The translations under genes were made by a program, and so were the position numbers. Below the pieces are notes generated by a model, which saw only the letters and a program-made list of their open reading frames with translations, was not told where the DNA came from and did no database searches. DNA of 64,000 nucleotides from Lama guanicoe (taxonomy: Eukaryota): positions 5,208,714-5,272,713 of the forward strand of contig MU053379.1 of NCBI GenBank assembly GCA_013239625.1. The letters are read 5' to 3'. Shown in pieces: positions 12,907-28,026 of this stretch. The stretch's first letter is position 1, and the number at the start of each line of letters is the position of its first letter.

Positions 12907-13297
12907 CTGTATGTGTGTGTCTGTATGTGTGTGTGTGTGTGTGTCTGTGTCTGTTGTGTGTCTGTGTGTCTGTGTGTATGTCTGTGTGTGGTTATGTGTG
13001 TGTGTGTGTCTCTCTGTGTGTGTCTGTATGTGTGTGTCTGTATGTGTGTGTCTGTATGTGTGTGTCTGTATGTGTGTGTCTGTATGTGTGTGTCTGTATG
13101 TGTGTGTCTGTATGTGTGTGTCTGTATGTGTGTGTCTGTATGTGTGTGTCTGTATGTGTGTGTGTGTGTCTGTGTCTGTTGTGTGTCTGTGTGTCTGTGT
13201 GTATGTCTGTGTGTGGTTATGTGTGTGTGTGTGTCAGTGCGTGTGTGTGTGCGTGTATGTGTGGGTGTGTGTGTACGCACGCGCGCATGTGTGTGTT
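12876..13297. repeat. Compound (TG)n / 14-bp (TGTGTGTGTCTGTA)n microsatellite
   Basis: About 420 bp of TG-based repeat seen directly. Confidence 0.97.
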
Positions 13298-13424
13298 GAC
13301 AGAGAGACCTGCCGCTGTCCCTTCCCAACCCCGGAATGCCCACGTAAGGCTCTGGGGAGGGTTAGGTCCTCGACCCGGAACCTCGCCTCCTCCTTTCGGG
13401 CAGGAGGCCCCCCCTGGCCCGTCA

Positions 13425-13901
<477 letters not shown>

Positions 13902-14304
13902 TCACAAGGACACAGACAACAGAAAACCTGTAGACGGTGAATCCCAAAGCAACCAGAGGAAAAGGTGGGGGCGCTTCCCTTGGATTCTGCAGGAATCCTT
14001 TGCAAGAACAGTCCAGCAGCGGAAAAACAGTGCCAGTTCTTCACTTTATCACTAAAATGGTTGCTTAACAGGGTTTCTCAAACCCAGTCTGTCTAGACTG
14101 AAGACGACTGAGACTCTTACTTCCGCAGAGCTTGTCCGCATCAACAACTCTGCGGAAGAAACACGCGGCTGGTCCTGCGTCCATCTCACCTCAGAGCTTC
14201 AGGGAAAGAACACAGCGGGGCGGGGGAGCTGTCCCGTAGGGAAACAGCTGGACGGATGTGATTAATCTAACATCTTTGTGCCAGTTTTAAAAATACAAGT
14301 TTGA

Positions 14305-14474
14305 GGAGGGGAGGGTGTAGCTCAAGTGGTGGAGCACATGCTTAGCAGGCACGAGGTCCTGTATTCCAGCACCTCCTCTAAGAAAAAATAAATAAGGAAA
14401 CCTATTTATCTCACACCAAAAAAAAGAAAAAAGAAACAAAAGAAATAGAATACTAAATCTTTTTTTAAAATTTT
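14305..14474 (+). mobile_element. Vic-1-like SINE with target-site duplication
   Basis: ggggagggtgtagctcaagtggtggagcacatgcttagc...; TSD aaaaatacaagtttga at 14289-14304 and 14475-14490. Confidence 0.9.
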
Positions 14475-17211
14475 AAAAATACAAGTTTGATCACATCACT
14501 CCACTCTTCATACATTTTTTAAAGATCCAGCAAACATCCAGCCAAGGGAAAGGGTCAGGAAAACGCAGCAGACCCACACAGAGGTGCTCCGGGGCCGGCA
14601 GCAAGTCTGCGAACACGACACCGCTCCGTAAATAACCACGAGCACGGCAGAGAGAAGCCGGGGCGCACAGACAGCGTCAGGAACGACGACCTCTGCTTTT
14701 CCTCTTCCTTTTCCTTGTGTTTTCTAAATTGTCTACAATGAACACGTATCATCTATTACCTTCGAACGAGAAACGCCTAACACAGCCATAAAAACAGTCT
14801 CTGGAAATGTACCGACAACGCCCTTTGCTCACAGGGCAAAATCCCAGGGCCTGCCCGGCCCTCAGGCTTCGTGTGTCCCCAGGCCAGGTTCTCTGAGACA
14901 GATACAGCCTTCAAGCCCCTTTCTGGGTTCTCTGACCCGGCCTCTACTGGGCGGCTGGGAGAGGCAAGTCGACCAGTCGAGACCAAAGCAAATTAGTCTC
15001 AGCTCCTCGCACTGAAAGCACGCAGCACACGGGCGCGGGGAGGTGGCCGCGCTGGATGCAGAGGAAGGGCGGCGCGCAGGTCGGGCCGCCTCAAGCCGGG
15101 AGCCCGTGCACCCCGCCTGCCCAGGCCTCACCCCAGGGCCCGGGGGGGGCCCTGTCCACGGCAGGGACGGGGCTGAGCGCAGCCACAGGAACCACAACAC
15201 AGCCCCCGCCCAGACCTCCACTGACAGCGTCCCCGGGAACCCTGAGCGGCCTCACAGTCCGCTCCGCGCAGCCGGGGACTGAGGATGGCACCCCCGCGAG
15301 CGAGCGGAGCTGCGAGAGCCGCGCCTGGTTCCTGGGCGGGGCGGGGGGGGGCCCTGCCGGGCAGCAGAGCAGGACAAACCTGGTATTTCCCAGCCACAGC
15401 GCCCCTGTGGTTAACGCCGCCCACCGCCTGCCCAAGGGTGGGCCCGGGCGCTGGGCGGGCAGGCACGCCTCACAGTGCTTGTTACCTCAGGTTTGACTGG
15501 GAACATTTTTTAAAGTTTGGTGCAGAGTCTTAATTTTTAGCTTCCCTGAAAGTTACTGTGAGGCGGTGTGGGAGCTGGTGGCAGTGCACGTGCAGGTGTG
15601 TGTGTGCACGCCCACGCACACCTCACACCCACACGCACCCGCACACTTGCTCCCACACTCACAGCCCTTGGTGCCCAGACCCCAACTCTCACACTCCCGT
15701 CTCCATGTGGCTCACGGGCAGTGTGGAGTCTGGCTAGTGCCCAGACCAGGGTCTTGGCTGCTGCGTCCTGCCTTCCCAGCCCCCGGAAGGAAAGGGGGAC
15801 TCCGGCCTTTGGGAACTCGGACATGAGGCACCACCCCAGGCCTGTGACACATGGGAAGGTGTTGGCCCCAGGAGGGTCCCTGAAGTCACAGGTCGTGGGG
15901 GAGCAGAGCTGCTGACCTAGGATGTGGGTCAGACTCCAGATGACCCCCAAAAGTGACGAGCTCTCTGTCCCCCAGCCCTGCTCACATGGGGGTTCATTTC
16001 CAGAGAGGAGGGAGGGGCATTGCCAGCTGAGTGACTGTGGGCAGTTACTACACTGCGCCAAGCCTCAGTGTCCTTGGCTGAAAAACAGGAATGGAAAGGC
16101 CAATTTGGGGTCTCGGTCAGGCAGTGCCTGGCCTGTAACAGGATCCCTACGGCAAGAGAGCAGTTTCGCAGGCCAGAAGCCTCTTCCCAGAGGCCAAGAC
16201 CCCGACTGCACGGCCAGGGTGCCCGGTGGCTCTGCCCGCTAAACCCCACGGACAGCGCCCCCCAGCACCTCTGCTGCAGCCCCTCTGCTCAGGCCATGCT
16301 TCAGAGCCCGCAGGCACACTGGGCAGGGGGAAGCCCTCCAGGGCCTGGGACCCTGTCACATCACACTGTGACACCCACACACCTCACCAATAGGCTGCTG
16401 AGGCTTCACCTGAGCAAATGCCCCCGTCGCAGGGGGAACCTGCCTGGGGGCCCAATGTCCAGGTTCGAGCTCCTGCCACCCCCTTGCCAGCACTGAGGAG
16501 GACGGACACCCTGAGTCAGGACAGTTACTGCAGCATCCTTAGCTGTCCTTAAGGGGACCCTCTGGTGACCAGAGCTTCCAGAAAGGGACCAGCCTCCGAG
16601 CTCTGTTGGGGGGAGCATACCCCTCAGGGTGAGAAAGACCCCCTCCCAGCTGTAGCCTGGGAGACCGCAGAGGCTGGACTTCCTCAAATGTTTTGGCTAA
16701 TGAACCAGTGAAGTGGTTTTGTGTCCCTGGAAAAGAAGGTCAGAAAGCCTTTCCTTTGGTCCGTCCGCCACCAGCCCGCTGACTCACCAGGAGCCCGCTC
16801 AGCCCTCTGCGTGGGCGAGGCCCTCCGTCAGCAGTTTCGGGCTCTGGGCTCCTTTCTGCAGAGCCGACAGGAGGCAAGGCCATTCCCTGGGCCTCTCTCA
16901 AAACGTCCACCTGTCTCACTGATCACAGCCATGTACAGAAGACGCAGCTCTGGTGGGACCCACCCTGACAGATGGAGCAGAGCAGAGAGGCCAGCAGACA
17001 CACGGCCAGAAGCCGCACTCCCGCGTGAGGGCAAGACTGCACCTGAGAGCGCACCCTCTTCTCTCCAAGGACCTCGGCCAAGTGCACCCTCTAGCCTTCC
17101 ACTGGCTCGGCCGAGACCAGACAGGAGGACCTCAGCCGGTGGTGGCCACGCCCCCCGCCCGCTCTGGCCAAGGAGCAGCCGCAGAGCGGGGCCGGGGCCC
17201 CGCGGGACCTA

Positions 17212-17667
<456 letters not shown>

Positions 17668-18577
17668 TCAGCACAGAACAGGGACTGGCTGCCTTCAGGG
17701 GACAGGGCTGGCCAGCCATGATCCTGCCTGGCCATTGCCCTGCCACCTGCAGCCTGGCATCCAGGTGCGTGGGAGGGGGGCCACCTGGAGCAGAAGCGAT
17801 TCCTGGGGTGTCCCTGGCCCTGTCTGGTCACGCAGGACCCCACTCGAGCTCCGTGCAAACCATCTCTGGCACCAGCTTCTCTGGTGGCTACTTCTCCCTC
17901 TGAAGATGCACTGAGCTACGCCCCCACCCTGGGCACAGTATTTCTCCCCACGTGTGCAGGGCTGCTGCCCTCAGGACGCTCATCTGGCGGCACCTAACGA
18001 GACCCAAAACCCTGGGGGTGGGGACTGCGCTTTTCCGCCAAGCGTTCCTGTAACTTCGGGACATCAATAAAGCACAAAACCAAACGTTATGCCAATCTGC
18101 TGAGCAGACGACGGCCTGAACAGTCAGCTCAACCAGAGCCAAACCCAAAGAACACGGAACGTGTACTCGGCCCAGTGGCCGCACGGAAGCACCCGCTCCT
18201 TCCTGGCCAGCCACCCACCCGGGAGCCCAGCCACCGGGACGGCTTCCCTGCAGGCGGGGCGGCACCAGGCCGCAAGGTTACTGTCCAATGCAAACCCCTC
18301 CCCTTGGAACTTTGTGAGAAGGGACTCAGAAAGGACCCTGATGGGATTTCTAAGTTTCTCACCAAGTCTGGGGGTTGGCTGGTGACCCCCAAGTTCTGTG
18401 GCCACAAACTGATCAGCAGCCACGGGACTGGCCCAGTGGGCGGCCCCACTGCGAGAGCCGCCTACAGGAGAGCAGGCGGGAAAGGGCGCAGGGCCCCCGC
18501 CCCGGGACTGGCCCTTTGGGGTGGGCAAGGAGGCCGGCCTGGCCAGCGGCACCCCACACCCCCACCTGGGGCTCTTA

Positions 18578-18895
<318 letters not shown>

Positions 18896-20980
18896 TCAGG
18901 GTGGGCGTGACCCAGGCTGGACACAGCCCCCGTCCCTGGACAAAGTGACAGACACAGAAGGCGCATGTCCCAAGCAGAGGCCTCTGGACACTGGTGTGGG
19001 GGCTGGAGGAGGGTCCCTGAGACCAACGTCCTCCTCCTCGGACTGACCACGCAGGTGAGCCCCTAATGTCCTTCCCTCTGCCCACTGGAGTTGGGTTTGT
19101 GGCATTCCGGACACAAAGACTCCTGACCAACATGTCTCCGAACTACACGCACAGTCACAGAACGGACCGGCTCTGTCTGTGGAACACGACCTACCAGCTG
19201 AGCACCACCCAGCCTCCAGAGAGCGGCACTGCCCCACCCCGGGATTCGGAAGAGTTGAGAGAACAGAAAAACCGTGTCACATGGACTTCACCACAGTAAG
19301 GAAGAGAGGAGGACACGGGAGCGCTGCCCCCCGGGGGCCCCCCGGAGAACACTTTGGCCACGCCTGCTCTTCAGGGACGGGTGCTCGCGGCCAGGAGTCA
19401 CAGACACACGGCGGGGCGGGCGCACAGGAGGGAAAGAACGGGGTGACCTTCCTTTAGCTTGTGAGGAGGAGACTTGAATCTCCACGTTCCCCATGTCCCT
19501 GAAGCACGTGGAGCAACCCAGACGCTGAAGCCATAATGCAAGGGCTGCCTTTCCAGCAGCGAGGCCTCCAGGCAGAAACAGGTCCCTGCAGCAGCGTCCC
19601 GATCAAGAAAGGCCCCGCGCGTCCCGGCGGTCACATCCGTGTGTGACCAGCACAGGCCTGCGAAACCCCCAGGACAGTGACAGGCAGTGGTGTGGGAGGC
19701 AGGAGTCCCCCTTGGCCTCCTGGACAGGGCTCCGGGGAGGCCAGTGCCGGCTGGGAGGGGCTCATCAAGCCCTGGCTGGGTGGCACGTGCCCACAGCGAG
19801 ACCCCCGCCCCATCCGTCAGGCCTCTGCAAGACCGCAGGGTGGGCTCCTGGAGACCCTGGGCGAGGGCCACCCAACTCCTGACCCACAGAAAATGCGTGA
19901 GACAGAAACGCCGCTGGTGTCTATGGCACAATCAGCATGCTGTGTTGAGGAGGGTCAGGGCTGCGCTCCCCCGGGCACCCGGGAGAGGTCACGTCCAGGC
20001 CGAGGGCTTCCGACCCGAGGGACAGGCCTCTTTCAGGCAGGTGTGCTGCTGGTGGCCCACAGTTCAATCAGTGTCACAGGTGAGCAGTAACAGACCTGCT
20101 GTGCTGGGGCACCCGGACCAGGGAGCCACCCTCCATGTTGGGGGACAGACACTTGGGGCTGCGTGAGGGGCACATACAGTCACACGCTGGGGGGCCTTTC
20201 CTGGCCCTGGGGTGCTGAGGAGGTCCAGTGACATCGCTGCCTCTCAGTTAAATAGAATCAAACCCTGAGCAATAGGAAATTCCAAGTGGCTAAAGAAAAG
20301 GAATTGTTCTTTGACAGCATGAGAGCAACAGAGGGATACAGTGCGACCCTAACTGTGCAGAAGCTCCTGGAACGAGAACTTCTAAGCACACACTTCCTTC
20401 TGTGCTGGGAAGAGCCCTCAGGACGTCCACCAGGCCCTCAGCCGCCCCCACCCCTGGAACCTGGGAGCGGAGGGAGGCAGGCTCTCTCCCTTAGCTTAAA
20501 GTTTCTAGGCTTTTTTTCACAGCAGGAAGTGAAATCAGGAACTCAGCTGACCTGCCCAGCTCGCCACACAGGTCCTAGCGCCCCTCCCTTGCTGCGCCCG
20601 CCCCGCGGACACCTGACTTGCCAGCTGAGCGGAGGCCCCTCCAAAGCCCCGGGGACAGGACTGACCGGGCAGAGCACAGGCCTCCTGGGCCCGACCGGCG
20701 GCGGGAGGCCTGGGAGAGCGCAGGGCGGACAGGTCAGCGGGCCGGGCAGGGCCCGGCTCCCCTCGGGCCCGTCCCTAACCAGCGGGAGCGCTCAGACCTC
20801 TGTGACCACGACCAGCGCGGTCCCGGGGGGCTTCCTTCCCTCCTCCGGGGTGCAGATCTGCTCCGGGGTGAATGCCTGCGACGCTGGAGCCTACTTTCAA
20901 ATGGATTTGTTTCAAGCTATGGTTTTTCTCTAGTTTTTACTTATTCTGTTTTAGTTAAGATTCGCTGTATTTCAGTATCA

Positions 20981-21337
<357 letters not shown>

Positions 21338-21724
21338 TCACAGCCTCCCAGACCTCACCGCCCGTGCCTGGCCGGCGCGGTCTCACCGGGGCCCAAGAAC
21401 AGCCCTGTTTCCTGCTCAAGGGGACACGGCACCCACACGGTCGGCCGGGATCACGGGCTCTGCAGTGGCGGCCTCGAGCCCAGGGCTCAGCGCCAGCCAC
21501 ATGAGGCCATGCAGTGGACGCTCCAGTGCCTGCAGGGCCCCGAGTTAATCTCCTCCTGAACCAGTCACAGCCTCCCCACCTGTCCCTGCAGACCAAGAGT
21601 CGTAGGAAAGCCAGACTGCGCAAAGAAACCCGAGGTGGGCTTCAGAAGGGGCAGGACGGCCGGAGCGGAGGGCACATCTCCTGGGGTTCAGGAACATGAG
21701 GCTCGTGGCTGAGTCTCAGGGAGT

Positions 21725-21975
21725 TTTAATTTTTTAGCAACTTTATCGTGGTATGGTTCCTGTACAGTAAACTATACATATTTCAGACGTACAACCTGAT
21801 GAATTTTGAGAGATATAAACACCCACAGTCAAGACAGCTCACATTCCCACCCCCTCAAGAGTTGCGAATTTCAAACTCCCGATTTGTCCCTTCCCACCCT
21901 TTACCCCCTGGAAACAGTAAGTTTGTTCTGTGTCTGTGAGTCTGTTTCTGCTTTGTAGGTAAGTTCATTTGTGTC
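21725..21975 (-). mobile_element. L1 3' end fragment (variant tail)
   Basis: Reverse complement has gacacaaatgaactt...gaaacagactcacagacacag...gggaagggacaaatcgggagtttg. Confidence 0.8.
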
Positions 21976-22978
21976 CTTTCCAAGCAGTTTTAAGACAAAG
22001 GCAAAAAGTCCCTCAGCCAGAAAGCTGACAGCAAGGCCGAGGGGCTGCGGGAACCACAGGGCGAGGCCACCCTCCCGGCGGGGTCTCCCCGGGAGGACAG
22101 GGCCTTTCAGACGTGTGCCTGCTGTCGAGGCCACACCAGGACAGCAGCCCTTCCTCTCTGAGCCCCCTGCAGCCACACCGGAGTCCACACGCACAGGACG
22201 CCACAGCGCAGCCTCCTGGGCAGGCAGGTGTCAGCCCCCCCCCCCAGTGGTGCCTCCAAACTGGACACAGAACAGGGGCCGCTGCACGCAGGAGGAGGCC
22301 GCCCCACGGGCCTCTGGCGCGACTTGGGGCTGCCCTCACATGACCTGACACCTCCCCTCAGGGCTCTGGTTCCTCCCGTCTCATGGACTTCAGGCGCTGA
22401 AACCTGATTCTCCATTGCGCCGGCCCAGCAGGGAGCAGCAATGTCACTGTTCCAGACACAGGACCCCCAGGGCAACCGTCCCCGTGGGAGGGGGGGCTGA
22501 CTCCTGGGACCCAGAAAGACCACACGCACTGAACAAAATCACGTGTAGTGAGCACCGAAACCTGCTCTCCTCCAGCTGGCATCGGGCAGGATAAAATTCA
22601 GGAACATGGCCCGGGGCGCGGGGCACGGACCCGTCAGTGACTCCGCCCTCGCTGCACCCCCACGGAGGTGAGGGGTGCTCCTGCTGGAACGCAAGGACCC
22701 CCACACCGAGACACAGCGAGGAGCTGCCCGGGAAGCCTCATTAGACCCCTAGGAGGGGTGGCCACCTTACAGATGAGGGGCCTGAGGCTCAGAGAAGGCA
22801 AGCAGCTCCCCAGTGACACACAGCTCAGCCCCAGGCCGCATGGCCTCTCACCAAACACGCGTGTGTACGTTTCCCAGCCGACCCTGGGCCCGCTGTGCTG
22901 ACCATGCAGAGGGGTCAGGCCAGCGGCAGATGCTGAAGGCTGGAGAATGACAGCAGCCATTCCGGGGCCCGAGAGTTA

Positions 22979-23146
<168 letters not shown>

Positions 23147-23408
23147 CTAGGCAAAAGCCCCCAGGCACCTGCTCAGAGCCCCCCGCCCCCAGCAGCCCCG
23201 CCAGCCCCGCCCAGGCCCACCCTCCCCAAGCAGGCGGCCTGCTGGCCTGTCCAGACACACTATCTGGACCACCCTGGCCTCCGCGCTCTAGCCTGTCCAT
23301 CCACACACCTGGTCAGCTGCCACCCCACTGCAAGGGGCCCCGAGCTTTCTGCCAGGCCGGGACTCCCTGGGTGGTGCGGACAGGTTCGTATGGAGCAGTT
23401 CAGGGTCA

Positions 23409-24065
<657 letters not shown>

Positions 24066-25719
24066 TCAAAGGAGGAATCTAGGTGGTGGGGACACGGCGC
24101 TCACAGCACAGCTCTTCCAACCTCGCTGGGCGCACACACGCACAATAAAACGGGGGAAAGCTGCAGCGCATGGGGAGGGTTTCTGAAGGGAGCTACGAAA
24201 GCCACACCAGATGCACTGCTGCTGGTTGGACTTAAAAGAGCAGCCTTAGAAATTAATTTTCAGAAACTTTTCAAACCCACCCAAAGTAAAGAGCACAGCC
24301 CAGCAGAGGCCAGCGGCCCTGCCCCTCGGGCCGCCAGGAGCCCCAGCTCCATCCACCCGGCCTGGTGCTGCCCGAGGGTCTGAAAGCAAACCCCAGCTGT
24401 CACGCCGCCCCCGTGTCTATCGGGCGACTGCTGAGAAGCGTGGACCCCAAGCTACATCTCCCCTGCAAATCAGCAGTGACTGCCCACCCCTCACCCGGCC
24501 TTCCTGCGGGGGCTGGTCTGGGTCCTCACTGCACACGTGGCCACTATTTCTCCCAGTCGTTTAAGCACCTCTCCTGCTCTGTCTGAGAAACTGGACCAGC
24601 TGTTCTGCAGGACGCCCCCAGGCTCTGTGAGTCTGCCCCTTGTGCCCTCCAGCCCTAGCGTCTCCTGTGAACCTGAGCTTTAGTGTCAAAGCCAGTCTGG
24701 ACTCGGGCCCAGTGTTATCTGCTTTCTCTTCTTCCGGCAACAACACCCCCGGGCAGGCTGTGCGCTCCACCCCACCTCACACCAGGAGGCACAGGGGTCT
24801 CGGGATGCAAAGACTCACCAGTGGATCTAGGTGACAGGTGGCCAGGTGTCTCAAGTGGTCCACCTTAGCCGGGTGGCTCACCGAGGTTTCTGAAGCTTTG
24901 CCAGAGAAGCACCTTGTGGAGGAGGCCAGACCTCGGGGTGCCCACGAGTACCCACGAGGAGCTCCCCGTGCAGGCGCCGACTCCCTCCACGCCCCCTCCA
25001 TGCCACCCAGCCCAGCATGGAAGAGGGCCACTCACACGCCATCGGACTGGGCCCTCGGCCCGGGGGCTGGGGCCCTGGGTGGGGAAGCTACCTTGGCGTC
25101 ACTTTGATAACCCAACTAACGCTCAGAAGCGCCTCCCCACAGAAGGCCTGGCCCGTGCGCTCATGAGCGATGCTGGGGGTGGGCCACCTCCGAGGTCCCC
25201 TCCAGCTTAGAATGTCTCAAAGTTCTACACAAAAATGGAAAAGCACTTCTGAGACCAGGCTTTGCTTCCCAGGGCCGGCAGAGGAGGTGAATGAGTCCTG
25301 TGAGGTTTGACACGTGAGTGGCAGTTCTCACTTAGATGGGAAGAACTCCAATCTGCTCTGGGCAGAGAGCCTCAAAATCTCTCGGTGAGTGACCTCCCAG
25401 GACCAGAACCACGTCCCACACTCCACTCAGGGTGCAGACAGGGCCTCGTGGGGCAGGGAGGGGCTGCACTCGGCCCGGCACATCAGGAAGGAGCTGGGGT
25501 CTGGCCGGTCCCTGCAAACCCTGAAACTGCTCTCTTAGTCAGCAGCCCCACCCGAAGGTCTGACTGCAGGGGCCTTGGCACTGGGCCCCCCAGGAGAAGG
25601 GACCACCAGGGTCCCCGCCCGCACTGGGCCCTTTCCAGGAAATTTTCCTGGCCGGTGACCCCAGACCAGAAGCCCAGCACTGTTCAGATGGGGACACTGA
25701 GCACAAAGCCAGGCTTCAC

Positions 25720-25786
25720 CTTGAGCTTCAAACACCTCATTCTGAGGCTCCTTCGCACTTTCGGCTTCTTCATCAGACTTGAGACT
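25720..25786 (-). CDS. NINL: NINL exon 5 (67 nt)
   Basis: tttctgcag|SLKSDEEAESAKEPQNEVFEAQ+G|gtgaag. Confidence 0.95.
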
Positions 25787-26423
25787 CTGCAGAAAGACAG
25801 AAAGAGGATGTGCGTCCCCAGAGGATGGGGCACCGGGAACCAGGAGAACCATCTGTGGGGCTGACTGGGGAAGGAGGCCAGCCCGCAGGGCTCCCAGCTG
25901 AGGCCTGCGTAGACCAGGTCTGTCTCCAGGCCACACGCCGCGGCCTGGACACGGGCACCTGACGCCTTGATAGGAACCAAAACCATCAGCAACTCTGTGA
26001 GAACACAGGCAGGTGCTCCCCCCGCACACTCCCAGTCTGCTCCAAATTCCATCACAGGACAGGCTCTCGGGCCAGCCCCTCAACACCCATCTCAGTCGGC
26101 AGCAGGCAAGAGAGCAGGTCTCTGACCCCTAGGTGCTCCGGGGACAGGAGGTGAGCAGCTGAGGCCTTTGTGCCCAAGGGCTGGGCTGCCAAGACTCCAG
26201 TGAAATCCCATGTTTCTGTGACTGGTCAGTGGACCCCAAAGCTCAAGTCCACTTCTGATTCTGGAAGGAATGCTGGCTTGACCAGCACTCAGCACTTACA
26301 GCCAGCGCTGAACCGGGGGTAGGGACCTGCGGCAGGGTGTGTATGCCCTTTTTCCAATGCATCCAACCTGCTAACAACCCCAAAAGCACACCCCCAGGTC
26401 CTAGTTCTGGGGATCAAAGATCG

Positions 26424-26600
26424 TTTTTTTAACACCTTTATTGTGGTGTGGCTCCTGTGCAGTTTAGCTGCACATATTTCAGGTGTACACTCTGATGAAT
26501 GTTGACAGATGCACACACCCATGCAACCACCACCACCACCAAGACAGGTAGCATTTCCATCTCTCCCCAAGAGGTGCAACTTTCGAATTCCCAGTTTATT
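26424..26600 (-). mobile_element. L1 3' tip (variant tail)
   Basis: Same tail as the 21725-21975 and 43800-43967 copies. Confidence 0.7.
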
Positions 26601-27104
26601 CAAGAAGCAGAATGGCACCACAGAGATGGCACAGACGCACTGAGACTCCCCATCCTTGGGGCCAAATTTAAAAAGGGAACAAAGAGGCAAAGGCCAGGGA
26701 TCTGCTGATGTCACCCAGGTGCAGAGGGTCCCTGGGAGAAGGGACTCCAGGATTTAAATACACATCTGTTTGTTTTGCCTCAATGAACGCTGAAGATACA
26801 AACAATTAATTTGAGGGCCAGAGCCGTTCTATTAAAGGTAAGTTCCTGGAGAGCCCCATCTGACAAGGATGACACCACAGGTTGGGGGGAAGCCAGGAAC
26901 CTTCTGTAACCCTGAAAACAGGTCCAGTGGGCCACGATTAACCCATAAGGTGTGGATCTGCCCCACCGATGATCCTCCACAGTGGGCAGCTCGGGAACCT
27001 GGGGCCCCCGGGGCGGCTGGCACCAGCCGGCCAAGTTGTAGAGGGTGGGCCAGGGTCACTCCAAGTACTGGAGGCAGGGGCCCTGGGCGTGGCACACCTG
27101 CTTT

Positions 27105-27268
27105 GCTCTTTTTTTGGTTTTTCCTTTGTTGTTGTTTTCTTTTGTTTTTGGCAGGGGAGGTTACTAGGTTTATTATTTTTATTTATTTTTTAACAGAGGT
27201 CCTGGGATTGAATCCAGGACCTCGTGCATGCTAAGCAGGTGCTCCACCACTGAGCTGCATCCTCCCCA
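27105..27268 (-). mobile_element. Vic-1-like SINE
   Basis: gaggtcctgggattgaatccaggacctcgtgcatgctaagcaggtgctccaccactgagctgcatcctcccc. Confidence 0.9.
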
Positions 27269-27478
27269 CCACCAGATTTTTCTACCCTCGGCTGGTTAAC
27301 CTTCCCCTCCTGGTAGTGCCGGGGGAGGCTGCAGGGTGAACAGGGGAATCTTCACGGCCCTGTGTCTGAAGGAGGCCAGTTTCCCTGTGGACAGTGAGAC
27401 CCAGGAACACAGTGGAACCTGTTTCCCAAAGGGCCTCTGGCACTGAGTTGCCCCCTCCCATCTTCCTGCATCTCTTTA

Positions 27479-27769
<291 letters not shown>

Positions 27770-27943
27770 TTAAAAACAGCCTCTGGGCCCAGGCACGCGG
27801 GTGCAGATCCCAGTGCTGAGTGCGGCTCTCACGCGCAGGACGCAGGGAACGGCCACCAGCAGGCTGGCGGGGAAGGCCAGGCTGGGAGGGCTTTCTGTCC
27901 TAAATGCTAGGTGCTGTTCAAACTGTTCCAAGTATGTTTTGCC

Positions 27944-28026
27944 TTTTTTTTTTTTTAATGGAGGCACTGGGGATTGAACCCAGGACCTCATGCACGCGCT
28001 CTACCACTGAGCTGTCGCCAGCCCCC
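27944..28026 (-). mobile_element. Vic-1-like SINE
   Basis: poly-T then ggaggcactggggattgaacccaggacctcatgc...ctctaccactgagct. Confidence 0.85.
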
